A stretch of DNA of 64,000 nt from a bacterium (GCA_018814465.1 JAHIZR010000228.1:173-64172); one strand, 5' to 3'. Positions 37,336 through 48,280 are shown, numbered from the stretch's first letter. Numbers and translations are program-made. The notes: generated by a model not told the origin, from the sequence alone.

Positions 37336-37632
37336 ATGGAATGGAATGCAATTTCAGCGCTCGGTCCGGTCGGATTATGCGCGGCGGTCATCGTCTATCT
37401 GTTTCTCAAGTACCCGCCGCGTTCCGACAAGGACGCGGGGAAACAGTTTGCCGCGCTCTATGACGAACTGCGCGACGATCGCGAGGAAGCCATGCGTCAG
37501 CAGCGCGAAATCTTCGACCGCTATATCAACCTCATGGAACGGCAGTCGGTGATTCTGGATCGCATCAGCGCGCGGCTCGAAGATCACATCGTTGAAGCTC
37601 GCCGCGAATGGGATCGGCGCAAGAATCAGTAG
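37336..37632 (+). CDS. Holin-like membrane protein with one N-terminal TM helix
   Basis: Hydrophobic segment ISALGPVGLCAAVIVYLFL. Confidence 0.45.
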   Translation: MEWNAISALGPVGLCAAVIVYLFLKYPPRSDKDAGKQFAALYDELRDDREEAMRQQREIFDRYINLMERQSVILDRISARLEDHIVEARREWDRRKNQ

Positions 37633-37641
37633 GAGAATCTC

Positions 37642-38121
37642 ATGCTGAAAAAGCTCTGGAAAAAATGCAACGGCAAGAAGCTCTGGACGGCGATATCCGT
37701 CGCGCTCGGCTACGGCGTCGGTATCGCCCGCGCCCGCTTCCCTTACCTCCCTTGGGACGAAATAATTATCCCCATCCTCTTGTCGCTCGGCGTGATCGGA
37801 GCCGGGCACAAGGTCGTTAAAACCCGATCACAGAACAGGAGAAACGACATGAAGAACATTATCGACTCACTGCTGCCGCTGATTCTGCCGATGATCGCGG
37901 ACTACGCCGACGGCGCCCTGCCTGAAGGCCCGAAGCGCTGGCTCTACGTCCAGATCGTCTCGCTCGGCACCGAAGGCCAAGCCTGGGTCCAAAAGACGCA
38001 GACCAGCCTCGACGACGCCGCGTGGCAGGCCTTCCTCGCGGAAGCCAAGCAGGAGTTCACGGAAGCCGGGCTCCCGGATTTCCCGGAGAAGCTCGACGCG
38101 TTCGTCAAGTTCGCGGCCTGA
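37642..38121 (+). CDS. Holin-like membrane protein with two TM helices
   Basis: Hydrophobic segments WTAISVALGYGVGIA and IIIPILLSLGVIGAG. Confidence 0.5.
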   Translation: MLKKLWKKCNGKKLWTAISVALGYGVGIARARFPYLPWDEIIIPILLSLGVIGAGHKVVKTRSQNRRNDMKNIIDSLLPLILPMIADYADGALPEGPKRWLYVQIVSLGTEGQAWVQKTQTSLDDAAWQAFLAEAKQEFTEAGLPDFPEKLDAFVKFAA

Positions 38122-38148
38122 GTCGAGTCGACTTGCTGACAAACAGAA

Positions 38149-38178
38149 CCGCCCGGGAACACTTCCCGGGCGGTTTTC
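38149..38178. terminator. Bidirectional rho-independent terminator between the convergent phage and host genes
   Basis: 11-bp stem CCGCCCGGGAA/TTCCCGGGCGG followed by TTTTC. Confidence 0.75.
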
Positions 38179-38201
38179 TAATCTAATCGAACAAGCAGCG
38201 C

Positions 38202-41156
38202 TTACCGCATCAATACCATCTTCTTCGCATCAACGAAGTTGCCGGCTTCCATGCGGAAGATATAGAGTCCGGACGCGACATCGTGACCCGCACTATTCTT
38301 GCTATTCCACGTCACAGTATATGTTCCTGCGACATGAATGTTGTCAAGCAAAGTAGCAACTCGTTGTCCGAGCGTATTGTAAACATTGATTCGAACATGA
38401 GTATTTTCGGGGATATCGTAACGAATCTGCGTCGTCGGATTGAACGGGTTGGGGTAGTTCTGATAGAGGGCGAACCTATCAGGGATCGCGTTGTCCCAAT
38501 TCGACGGTCTTGATCCTTCGATTGTGCCTAACAAACCGATCAGATACTGTTCCCTCGTGAGTCCCTCTTCGAGGGATTCGATTCGCATCGATTGTGGAAT
38601 TCGATTCGCGAAAGACTCGTCAAGGCTACCATCATCCCAGTCAATGCTCCCCGCAGCCATTTGAACCAGATTCAGATCTGTCGCCACAAAAATAGAATCC
38701 TCAAACGCCAGACTGTCTTCCAGCAATTCAGCACAAAGATTAAGGGCGGATTCGAAAGCGTTTTTGTTCACGTAATAATTGACGAGAATTCGCTTACCGT
38801 GCAGTACGGCATCATAGGATGCACCATGTTGAGCGATCAACGCATTAATATAGCTCGGAATCCACTCTTCGCCTTCAATAAGATGCACGTCCGTAGTCAC
38901 GAGGCGGCTTGCCGCGCTCCAGATAGTTGACGGATCTTGCGCATGTTCGATCACGTAAAGATACAATGCCTGTGCTTCAGCAAACATCTCTTCATTTTCC
39001 AGATCGATAGCGTAAAGGAGCGTATCTACAATCAATGAGTCTTCATCGAGCGTATGTCCCGATCTGCCTGCTGTCGGTCCCGGCTGGATGCTCGATGTTC
39101 CACTTCCGCAGACACCATACGGAGTCGGAGATGGACTTGAAAAATCCCAATAGGAAGCATCAGAAGGTCTGAAATAGTTGATCTCAGGGGTCACGTTCCA
39201 ATACTGAATGATTGCTATAAACTGCGATACAAAAGGCGGGTAGTCTACCCAGCTCATGTATTTGATTTCGTGCGAATTATTCTGGATAAAATCGTTAGGT
39301 CGCTTGAGGAGCACAGGAAGAGGTCCCTTGCCTTGAAAAACCAGTAAGTAATCCGAGTCATCGCGGAACTCGTTAGCATAATTCTCTGAATTCTCCTGTC
39401 CAAACACTGGATTGCAGCCGGTCGCGGAATAAACTGTCGTCCTATAGGTCGAGGTTTCAGATGCGAGATCTTGGAATCGACAGCAGGTGAAATACGGATT
39501 GCAGGTTTCCGTATTCAGCATGACTCCATATTTGCTGGCTTCGCCTTCGAATAGACATTTGTCGAATGAACCTGATGTTTTTGAGATGTAAGTATTCGCA
39601 TAGCTACAATTACGAACCGTCGTGTTGTTGATTTTGACGTAACAGTTGCTGGTTTGTAGACCGGGCAGACCCTCGATATTCTCGATCAGACATTCGCTTA
39701 CATATTGCGTTTCCTTTGGGCTTCCAGTGAGTAAAAGTCCTCTCCCGTCGAATTGACAATAAACGATCGAAACCGGATGTGACAATGAGGTCGGAATAGG
39801 TTTATCGGTGTAAATGGCTGCCTTTGCACTTGCGTTTATGAACCTGGCTCCTTCAATCGAAACCTCTCCATTCACTTCCATGCAGTACCACTTTTCGCCT
39901 TCATCCATGGCGTCGAAGGTTACCATCTTCGAGGGAGTCCCATTCACGATCAAGGTTGCGCCTTGATCGACAATGAATGTGACATCCTGATCGAGTAAGA
40001 CTTCGACTCCCGCGTCGATTACAAGCTGTTCGCCCGGCCTGACTGCATAATTGCTTGTGATGTATATGGGTGAATGGCTGATTGTCCAATGATCGGATGG
40101 ATAAACCATCGGGTTGTCGAAGGAATGCCCGTTGACGCTATAGGATTCTATTTTCCAGCCATAAGATGGATCCAACGCGAAGCGGACAAGAATTAGGCGA
40201 CCACAGACTTCTCGAATATGAACGACCGGCTCAACCAGTTCTACTTCATTTCGCGTGGCTTGACTGAACGTATCAAACCGATCCCAAAGATAGAGTTTCT
40301 GCTGAAATCGGTTGAAGCCGATAACACCTAAGCCTTGGATGATGGCGGATTCATGTACGTTCATCCCATCGAAATCGTTGGACAACGCGAGTGCTTGAGA
40401 TTCGAGTGAAATCGCAGGATTTGAATTGCCGGCGATCAAATGATCAACGCGTTCGCTGCCTCCGTCACTAACATACAGATTAATGCGGTTATTGCTGTCC
40501 ACAAAGCCCGAGATATCGCTCAACCACTGATAACCGTCGTCGAATACTCCGGGATGTCCATAGGATGCGAGAATACTACCATTCAAATCTGTGCGAAAGA
40601 TTGACTTGGCATTCTCATCAACGATGAATAGACTGCCATTCTCATAGTGAATCCCGATTGGTCTTGTGATCAAGGGATTTGTGATGGCACTCTCGTATCG
40701 AAATTTGCCCGTGATTCCATCGAATTTGTAAATACCGATGGTTGCGCCACCGCGGAATACAACCGCGACACGGTCATCCTGCGGACTGAAGTAGGTTTGA
40801 TTCTGAATCTTGCACAGGGCGCGGGGATAGTTAAGGTTTTCCGGAATCAGACAAGAGCGCGCAACATCTTCGCGCTCTAAGGGTGCGTCGTGTTTTATGC
40901 GAAAGCATGTAAACAATGTCCAACTGTCTTCCAATACAACAACACGATAGTCGGCGGGCGAGAGCTTTAAGACTTCGATGTCCACCGGATGCATGATACC
41001 GAGATCCGTGGAATCAGTGATTTCGAATAGCCATTCAGACGAAATCTCGCTCAAGCCCGGAATACCGAACATGTTTTCCTCACGATCCAGCGTAATCGTT
41101 GCTTGAGCTTGGATCGTAAGCAGCACTAGCAAGGTCAATGTGATATATCTCTTCAT
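38202..41156 (-). CDS. Large secreted protein with a T9SS (Por) C-terminal sorting domain
   Basis: C-terminal segment YPNPFNPTTQIRYDIP...GLYIFRMEAGNFVDAKKMVLMR is a canonical T9SS CTD. N-terminal signal peptide. Confidence 0.8.
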   Translation of the reverse strand: MKRYITLTLLVLLTIQAQATITLDREENMFGIPGLSEISSEWLFEITDSTDLGIMHPVDIEVLKLSPADYRVVVLEDSWTLFTCFRIKHDAPLEREDVARSCLIPENLNYPRALCKIQNQTYFSPQDDRVAVVFRGGATIGIYKFDGITGKFRYESAITNPLITRPIGIHYENGSLFIVDENAKSIFRTDLNGSILASYGHPGVFDDGYQWLSDISGFVDSNNRINLYVSDGGSERVDHLIAGNSNPAISLESQALALSNDFDGMNVHESAIIQGLGVIGFNRFQQKLYLWDRFDTFSQATRNEVELVEPVVHIREVCGRLILVRFALDPSYGWKIESYSVNGHSFDNPMVYPSDHWTISHSPIYITSNYAVRPGEQLVIDAGVEVLLDQDVTFIVDQGATLIVNGTPSKMVTFDAMDEGEKWYCMEVNGEVSIEGARFINASAKAAIYTDKPIPTSLSHPVSIVYCQFDGRGLLLTGSPKETQYVSECLIENIEGLPGLQTSNCYVKINNTTVRNCSYANTYISKTSGSFDKCLFEGEASKYGVMLNTETCNPYFTCCRFQDLASETSTYRTTVYSATGCNPVFGQENSENYANEFRDDSDYLLVFQGKGPLPVLLKRPNDFIQNNSHEIKYMSWVDYPPFVSQFIAIIQYWNVTPEINYFRPSDASYWDFSSPSPTPYGVCGSGTSSIQPGPTAGRSGHTLDEDSLIVDTLLYAIDLENEEMFAEAQALYLYVIEHAQDPSTIWSAASRLVTTDVHLIEGEEWIPSYINALIAQHGASYDAVLHGKRILVNYYVNKNAFESALNLCAELLEDSLAFEDSIFVATDLNLVQMAAGSIDWDDGSLDESFANRIPQSMRIESLEEGLTREQYLIGLLGTIEGSRPSNWDNAIPDRFALYQNYPNPFNPTTQIRYDIPENTHVRINVYNTLGQRVATLLDNIHVAGTYTVTWNSKNSAGHDVASGLYIFRMEAGNFVDAKKMVLMR

Positions 41157-41171
41157 GGGTTTCCCCTATTG

Positions 41172-42122
41172 TTAGTCGTCTTGTTGTTCCTGTTCGGCAA
41201 GCAATTCTCTCAGGTGTTCGATTTTCCCTTGAAATCTTATTGACATTTCATAGTTTCTTTCACCATTCGGATCATACTTAGCAAGTAAGGGGCTGCCATG
41301 ACTAACAGATAGTACTCCATAATCTGTCCAAAGTTTTTCCAGATATTCCATGGCTTTGTCGTAACGGCGCAGGTGCAATGCGGATTCATAGGCAAAATAG
41401 AATCCACCAGGATCTGTCAATCCTTCGCCAATTAGGGAGTCGGCTAAACTGATAGCGTGATCGTAGTAAGATGTCTTGAATGAAACAAAAATCTCGCTTG
41501 AGATGATTCTTGCTTGATCGAAGCTATTGCATGGTTCGAGAATTTCCCAAGCAGGCGAGATTGCCGACTCTTTCGACTGGCCATCTCCAGTAAAGCGAAC
41601 GCGGAATGATATTGTATGTCCGGCAAGTGTCTCGGGAATACGAGCTACATACTGCTTTGAATTTCGTTGTGTTAATTCCGAGATTCTCGAACCCTCTTCT
41701 TGCAATTTATCAAACAGCCTATTCAGTGAACTTAATCCGTACGTGATGTTCATTTGGCTGAAGAGACTCTCATCTGGTACAAAGGTCGTGCCTTGCACGT
41801 AATCCTTTGCGAATTCCAGCATATAATCCTCCGGCCATTCAGAATCCAAAGGCTCTAAGGATTGATCATATTCATTTCTTACAACCAGAAGCAAGCAAGA
41901 TCCTGCAAGAATGCCGGGACGTTCATATTCATCTGCCTCAAGAGTGTAAGTGCTGGCGTCGTCGCATGCACTGCCATAAACAAGTGCGCGCTGCGTGATA
42001 TTTAGTGGATCGATTGCGTACGTACTTGCCGTGTATAGAGATAGGCAAAGACAAATCGCAACAAGTGATCTATAGAAGTAATAAGGCAATTCATACCTCC
42101 TGTTTCGGTCTGTTGATTGCAA
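41172..42122 (-). CDS. Secreted hypothetical protein
   Basis: Hydrophobic N-terminus. Confidence 0.55.
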   Translation of the reverse strand: MQSTDRNRRYELPYYFYRSLVAICLCLSLYTASTYAIDPLNITQRALVYGSACDDASTYTLEADEYERPGILAGSCLLLVVRNEYDQSLEPLDSEWPEDYMLEFAKDYVQGTTFVPDESLFSQMNITYGLSSLNRLFDKLQEEGSRISELTQRNSKQYVARIPETLAGHTISFRVRFTGDGQSKESAISPAWEILEPCNSFDQARIISSEIFVSFKTSYYDHAISLADSLIGEGLTDPGGFYFAYESALHLRRYDKAMEYLEKLWTDYGVLSVSHGSPLLAKYDPNGERNYEMSIRFQGKIEHLRELLAEQEQQDD

Positions 42123-42127
42123 AATAG

Positions 42128-44119
42128 CTACTGCCTATACCTAATGGAATCAGCACATTGTACACCTAAGGTCGGATCATTGATATATCCCCATTTATTG
42201 TCAGAATGATTGGGATCATCACTCCACACATCAATCCATACATTCCAAGCAGATTCACATGTCAGTCCATCATTACAATTATCATGTCGAACATATCCTA
42301 CACATTCAGGTCGACAAGGACTATAGTGTCGAAGCTTCTCATTCATCATCACACAACCGTACAGATTCCCAGAATATTGTGGACTGTGATCCGGGGCATT
42401 TATTGTATGACCCATTTCATGTGCAAGTGTGCGACGCAACACAATTTCACAAACACTCTCGAATAGTAACCGATAATCTGAATCTGGTCCCCAGCCTCCT
42501 ACACCGGTATCTGGATCATGGCGCCACCAGTCCTCAGCAATTTCATTAAAGATTCTATTCCTGTCTATTAGCACGTGTGCGTTCCCACATATGCCATAGC
42601 CTCTTAAATGGTTGACTGTACCATAGTAGTTCCAACCATAATTTGCCTCAATCGGGAAATTCCTTACTCTAAGTGCTACTTGGTCGGAGGACCTCACCCA
42701 ATCATCACCATTATGTTGATCATCTACGTGGGTTGAATCAGCAGGAGAAGGAAATGCGAGAGGTGGTCGTGGAATTGTAAAAGAATTTGCTTCCCAGTGC
42801 CCCGGCCCTGTTTCTGGTTGTTCCCATCTCCCTTGATAGGTGTCAATACATTCATATCTTAAGTTGCCGTAAGGATCTGGAGCTGCTCTTCTTATTCGTT
42901 CAGTAAGTACTTCGTTTGTATCACCATAGGTAACAACCAGACTGCAAGCTTCCACTCTTGCTGAATCTGTTCCAGGATATTTCATGAACTTCATCATCTC
43001 CTGTAATCTGGGCAAGAAACCTTCAATACTAGCATCATGAAAGAGACTATCTTGATCTATTACAAGGATATTCCGTCTTGTTTTAATCGTGTCTAGATCA
43101 AGCCTTAAATGTGAACCATCCAAGCATCTAAATCCACGATACTCCTCCCATAGTGTTAAGCCGTCGCTATCCGGATCGGCATCACTTTTCCAATCTTGGT
43201 AACCTTGGGGTATTTTAATAGAGGTACCGCCGCCATTCGGGACGGTCGCCGGGACTCCCCGCACTCTATTGTCAAATACTTGAACTGCACTGATGCTTCC
43301 CTCTGCCGCATAATCGAGCAGTCGAACGTATACTTCGTATGGTTCATCCGCTTCTAAAGTCACAATCAATGAACAAGAAGCAGTATGGTAACGATACAGT
43401 GGCGGAAGGGCTGCCCCTTCAAGAATCATGTCCGCCTTCTTCTCGGATTGGTCATCCGGTACCGGAGCATTCATCGCTATTCCTTCATAGCAGGAACTTC
43501 CAAGCGTAACCATTACCGACATCGGATAGGTGGCCCTTAGCTCGTAGCATAAAGTACTGTCATACATTGGCATATAGCGAAGGCTGTCAACCTCTGTTGT
43601 GTCCGGATTATTGCCACAAGGTCTCAGAGTCAGAGAGATAGGGTCATAAGGAAAACCAACCCAATCGTCCGGTTCTTTTGCAATATGCTTACAGTCTCCG
43701 ACCTGCTCCCAGATACAGTACCGTGAATGCACAGAGCAATGCAGTACCGACCATCCGCCCTCCCAATTCGTTTGACAATGATAGTAATAATGGGAACCAC
43801 CGGGCGGAGTATCACAGAGTCCGTATGCGCAACCTTCACCCGGTTCAAGAAATATTCCATTCGATGCAGAATTACAGGATGGTCGATCACTGCAGTTACA
43901 ACCGGTTGTTGAACACCCCCATGAAAATCCGCCGCCTAAAGAATAATATATCTTTCGAATACGGATTGTCTCGCCGTTTCCAATATCGTAATCTTCGAAG
44001 ACAATTCCATCAATGGTCCGATACAATCTCGGTGGCCATTGAGCGAGAGCATCGCTACAGACTAATATCAGGCATAAAGCTGGTATTATCAAGAGCAATT
44101 TGGAACGAATTTTATCCAT
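42128..44119 (-). CDS. Secreted zinc metalloprotease (metzincin-like HEMGHxxxxxDH)
   Basis: Signal peptide MDKIRSKLLLIIPALCLILV. LAHEMGHTINAPDH near the C-terminus. Confidence 0.6.
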   Translation of the reverse strand: MDKIRSKLLLIIPALCLILVCSDALAQWPPRLYRTIDGIVFEDYDIGNGETIRIRKIYYSLGGGFSWGCSTTGCNCSDRPSCNSASNGIFLEPGEGCAYGLCDTPPGGSHYYYHCQTNWEGGWSVLHCSVHSRYCIWEQVGDCKHIAKEPDDWVGFPYDPISLTLRPCGNNPDTTEVDSLRYMPMYDSTLCYELRATYPMSVMVTLGSSCYEGIAMNAPVPDDQSEKKADMILEGAALPPLYRYHTASCSLIVTLEADEPYEVYVRLLDYAAEGSISAVQVFDNRVRGVPATVPNGGGTSIKIPQGYQDWKSDADPDSDGLTLWEEYRGFRCLDGSHLRLDLDTIKTRRNILVIDQDSLFHDASIEGFLPRLQEMMKFMKYPGTDSARVEACSLVVTYGDTNEVLTERIRRAAPDPYGNLRYECIDTYQGRWEQPETGPGHWEANSFTIPRPPLAFPSPADSTHVDDQHNGDDWVRSSDQVALRVRNFPIEANYGWNYYGTVNHLRGYGICGNAHVLIDRNRIFNEIAEDWWRHDPDTGVGGWGPDSDYRLLFESVCEIVLRRTLAHEMGHTINAPDHSPQYSGNLYGCVMMNEKLRHYSPCRPECVGYVRHDNCNDGLTCESAWNVWIDVWSDDPNHSDNKWGYINDPTLGVQCADSIRYRQ

Positions 44120-44523
44120 TTATCCCTCGTAAATATATGGTTTTGCTGTCAGAAAGCACGTATACTCAATGGAATGCAACGAAAAAACGAACGCCTGCCT
44201 AATCGAAAACCGATAGGAAGTCGTTCGCTTCATATTGTCACCCGTAAGTTGTTATACTGTGGTTGGTTTATAATAGTTAGCAATATCTAATTGGATAGTC
44301 AAGGGTCAGGCATCTCTTTTATAAATCTTTCAGATGTGTAAAAAATAGCTCGGATCGTGCAATATTGATAAATGCTGTCCTATTATATTATTAGATAAAT
44401 ATATACTTACACATTGAAGGCAAATCTATTACTGCGTTCAAAAGGGTACAACACTGCAAAAAAGAGAAAGGGCGAAACAGTTTGCTAACCATTTCGCCTC
44501 TCTATATTCCTCGGACGAACTGT

Positions 44524-46785
44524 CTATTTTACGAGCACCATCTTATTGCTCAGTTTCACATTCGCGGCTTGCAGGGTGTTGAAATACACTCCAGACGGCA
44601 GCGCGGAGGCCTTGAAAAGATGCGAATGATGCCCTGCGTTCAACCTCCCGAAGTCAATCGTGTATACACTCTGTCCGAGCATATTGAAGACCGCCAGCGA
44701 TGTTTCAGACGCCAGCGGCAGATCAAACGCAATCGTTGTGGAAGGATTGAAGGGATTGGGATAGCAAGGATAAAGCGTGACGCTCTGTGGAATCTCAGCG
44801 GTATTCCGTCTTGGAATGTCCAACGCCTGAGTGCAATCGTAGATACCGAAATAGCATCCATCCGCAACATATGCGTAAACACCGGTAACCGCTACATGCT
44901 CTGACCAGCCAGGAGTTTCATACCAACCAGCTTCCCTCGGATTTGTGGGATCAGTGATGTCAACTACGCTTAAGTCTCCGTTCGTAGCCAAGAATAGGAA
45001 ATCATCCCGCAACGTAATATCGTAAACATATCCGAAGAAACCGCCAATATCAATTTCAACTGGATTTGCTGGATCACTGATATTTAGAACGCATAACGAA
45101 TTGGAACCTGCTCCTACGAAAGCATAATCATTAACGGCGGCAACGCATTCAACCTCATCATCCCATACAAAGGATCCAACCTCAGCAATCTGCGTTGGCT
45201 CACTAATATCGAGTATGCGTAATCCCGAGCTTCCATCGGCAACTAATGCAAGATTACCTGAAACCGCGATGTCTTTTGCATTCCCTGGAGTATTGAAGAA
45301 ACCTCTTGTCATGGGGTGCTCCGGATCACTGATTTCAATGACAAAGAGACCGAATTCATCGTCTGCAACATATGCAAAGTCTCCCTCGACAATCACATCA
45401 TAGGATAGACCGGGAGTATCCACTTGACTGACGGGTTCAGGCTCGCTCGGATCTGAAATATCAAGAATCCTTAATCCCCGGTCATAGTCTGCCACATATA
45501 GGTATTGTCCTAATATGTCAACTGCACATGCAGTTCCCGGCGTATTGTATGATGCCGCCTCGACCGGATTTGTCCGATCCGAAATATCCGCTATCAAAAT
45601 TCCCTGTGTGTTGTTTGTTATATATGCGTAATCGCCATCCACGGCAACGCATTCGAGGCGTGCTCCCCTTGAAATCGCTCCCACTTCATCGGGCTGTGTT
45701 GGATTAGAAATATCCACAATTCGCAGACCATCATACACAGATTCAGCATACACATGGTTTTCCGCGATTCCGATACGAACAATCGAGCTGGGCATATCAA
45801 TTGAATTCGCTTCAACAGGCTGTCCAGGATTAGTGACATCTATGGTTCGCAGTTCATCGAACCCCTCAGCCAAATATGCATAGTTGCCTGACAGCGCAAG
45901 ATCCTGCACCCAGCCAGGGCTTGATATGAAACCCGATTCAATCGGCACAGACGGATTGGTAACGTTTACAATTCGCAGTCCGCTTGAACCTGCAGCAACA
46001 TAAGCATAATTGCCCTGCACTTTTACATCCCATACACTGCTTGGGGGTAAATAGAATCCAACTTCATCCGGTTCGTAAGGATTGCTTGCATCAAATATCC
46101 TTAATCCAACATCCCAATCAATCACATAGGCATAACTCCCGGAAACATCGATTGCGTCGGCATATCCTCCAATAGCAGTAACCGAAGCGATTGATGGATG
46201 AAACGGATCGCTGATATCTACTACAACAAGTCCATCATAACCTATGCAATAAGCATAGTTTCCGGCTATTGCTACATCCAGTAGAAGCAGGTATTCATTC
46301 TCATCAGTCCGGCCTACCAATACGGGGTGCCACGGATCAGATACATCGACTATCACTAAGTCATCATAAGAGTCGGCAATATAGACAAATGACCCTGAAA
46401 GCACGACGCTATTAGCATCTTCGGTATCAACATAACTCAATTCAACTGGTTGATTAGGAATTGCAACACTTACAATCCTAAGTCCCGAATATCCCGTAGC
46501 CACATAAATCAAAGTATCTACTCCCACAACATCAGCCTGACGATCCCAATAATCATCCAGCAATCCGATCTGCCGGATATGCAGGCTGTCCTGTGCAAAC
46601 ACTGATGTCGTTAGAGTGAAAATACTAACCGCAATTCGAAGAAAACTTCTCACATTTGATTCTTTAGGCTTTAGAAGTTTATTTAACGAGGCTGCTATTT
46701 CTATGTAAGGACTCTTCATATGATTCCGTCGATTCATTGATCCCAATTCATATTTGTTTAAACAAAGCGAGCCCTTCCTATTCAC
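44524..46785 (-). CDS. LVIVD-repeat beta-propeller protein with a T9SS C-terminal sorting domain
   Basis: Repeated YAYVAD...GLRI.DISDP units. C-terminal YPNPFNPSTTIAFDLP...KMVLVK. Confidence 0.75.
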   Translation of the reverse strand: MNRKGSLCLNKYELGSMNRRNHMKSPYIEIAASLNKLLKPKESNVRSFLRIAVSIFTLTTSVFAQDSLHIRQIGLLDDYWDRQADVVGVDTLIYVATGYSGLRIVSVAIPNQPVELSYVDTEDANSVVLSGSFVYIADSYDDLVIVDVSDPWHPVLVGRTDENEYLLLLDVAIAGNYAYCIGYDGLVVVDISDPFHPSIASVTAIGGYADAIDVSGSYAYVIDWDVGLRIFDASNPYEPDEVGFYLPPSSVWDVKVQGNYAYVAAGSSGLRIVNVTNPSVPIESGFISSPGWVQDLALSGNYAYLAEGFDELRTIDVTNPGQPVEANSIDMPSSIVRIGIAENHVYAESVYDGLRIVDISNPTQPDEVGAISRGARLECVAVDGDYAYITNNTQGILIADISDRTNPVEAASYNTPGTACAVDILGQYLYVADYDRGLRILDISDPSEPEPVSQVDTPGLSYDVIVEGDFAYVADDEFGLFVIEISDPEHPMTRGFFNTPGNAKDIAVSGNLALVADGSSGLRILDISEPTQIAEVGSFVWDDEVECVAAVNDYAFVGAGSNSLCVLNISDPANPVEIDIGGFFGYVYDITLRDDFLFLATNGDLSVVDITDPTNPREAGWYETPGWSEHVAVTGVYAYVADGCYFGIYDCTQALDIPRRNTAEIPQSVTLYPCYPNPFNPSTTIAFDLPLASETSLAVFNMLGQSVYTIDFGRLNAGHHSHLFKASALPSGVYFNTLQAANVKLSNKMVLVK

Positions 46786-47366
46786 GTCTCAGATAGAAAA
46801 GACTCGCTTATGTTGATTGTGTTAGAATGTAGCCGAGGTTCGTGACCTTGGCTATTGGTTACAATACTCATCCAGGATTACATTGTCAAGAACAGTTTAG
46901 CGTTTTCTAATTTTTCTTTTTCATGTCGATACGCCAAGTCTGAGTTGGGAGGTAGGCAGCGAAAACAATTCTATATAACTGAATATAGTGTATTTGTATA
47001 TTCGCTTGACAAATTGAACTGCGCATTTTTGCTCGCACTTCAATGAACGCCACTTTCAGAGGCATGTGCATACTCCGCAGTCGAACTTAATTCATACTCA
47101 GGAAGCGAGGCTCATTCAATCAGGTCATGCGGCGTCATTCGAGCGTCGTTCGGGCTGCATCTTCCTGCCATTCGGCGGCAACACTAAAATCCTCACTCGT
47201 AGTCCTCAACACTGCCTCGTAATTAATGGCGCATCGCACGATTCGCTTTGTACTGCTTGTGAATGCTTGCTACCGTAGCAAAAATATAGCTGAATAAAAG
47301 CTAAATATTGGATTTACGTTTCAACTGAAAAGCGAAAAACACAGGCGTAAACCTGTGTTTTTACAG

Positions 47367-47442
<76 letters not shown>

Positions 47443-47492
47443 AATATAACTAATTAATTTAGCATATTATTCAGTCTTTGTCAAACAAAAAA

Positions 47493-47519
47493 CCTGCCCT
47501 CGAAAAGGCAGGTTTTTTC
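47493..47519 (-). terminator. Rho-independent terminator hairpin CCTGCC...GGCAGG flanked by A- and T-runs
   Basis: Read from the sequence. Confidence 0.6.
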
Positions 47520-47540
47520 AAATATTCCTATGCCCATGAA

Positions 47541-47981
47541 CTACATCATCGTATGTATCCCGGTTGCCAAGTCGCGCTGACGGCTCGTAAAGCGGTCCAC
47601 TAAATCTCGCAGCTTGCCATTACTCTCGGAAGATATTACGCCGCGCTCGGACAGAAAAAGCTCAACTGTGGAAAAATCCTGATCCGCCAATCGAAGATAG
47701 CGTTTGACCGTATTCTTCGATAATCCGTGCTCGCGCGCGGTCGCGCGAATTCCCTGACCTTCGAGCAGACTGCGATATATCTTCTCAATCGTTTCCCAAT
47801 CAAGCCGGCTGTCCCAAAAAGGAGTTCCCTTCAGCTCACTAAAGGTTTTATTACAGGTCTTACAGATTAACAGGCGCACGTGCTTGCGCCCATAGCGCGT
47901 GTAAAGACTAATGTTTCCGGCATTCCGTTTTCCGTAGTCGGAACAGCTCGGATTGGGGCAAGAAAATTTTTCGAGGTTCAT
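47541..47981 (-). mobile_element. IS1/IS1595-family InsA-like transposase N-terminal fragment (zinc ribbon plus HTH). Probable IS remnant without a DDE domain.
   Basis: CPNPSCSDYGKRNAGN...ICKTCNKTF zinc ribbon followed by the HTH GIRATAREHGLSKNTVKRYL. The pattern matches IS1 InsA. Confidence 0.6.
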
Positions 47982-48280
47982 GGGTCAGCCATGGAGTTTA
48001 TTAAGGTGGCTACGGTAGTATTATCGGCATCCATAGCTAACTCTTTAATTCCGTTGATTCAAAGCAATGATAAAGGGACATTTGTTGACAGGAATCATCT
48101 ATCGCGATTGAATTCGTGAGCTCGGCGGAAAGTTCCACGCCTCATTCTTATATATTGTTTTAATTATATTTAAGAACGTGTTCAGCCATGCGATTCACTT
48201 GACTATTTGCATAGGAATCGGTAACTTGGCCAATCGGTTAAGATGCACTTACTTTTCAACTTTTTTTCAGGAAATCTCGC

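Larger units (their letters stand above)
2458..38180. mobile_element. Tailed prophage (siphovirus-like organisation). It may extend left to include darTG and the CRISPR array. No integrase in the window.
   Basis: Continuous module order from repressor to holins. G+C is higher than the flanks (by eye). Confidence 0.75.

Noticed and set aside
38122-38132. GTCGAGTCGAC palindrome after the last phage gene, considered as a possible att core
   Set aside because: It is short and no second copy was found at the left boundary. The adjacent hairpin is better explained as a terminator.
2458-38180. Integrase or transposase for the prophage (Mu-like transposition was considered because of the Mu F-like and I-like head genes)
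   Set aside because: No tyrosine or serine recombinase and no DDE transposase ORF exists in the phage. The integrase is presumably beyond the left edge of the window.
47066-47278. Small ORFs in the AT-rich intergenic regions (46855-47046, 47066-47278, 47880-48119)
   Set aside because: They have no RBS or conservation signal and sit in promoter or terminator-rich spacer DNA.
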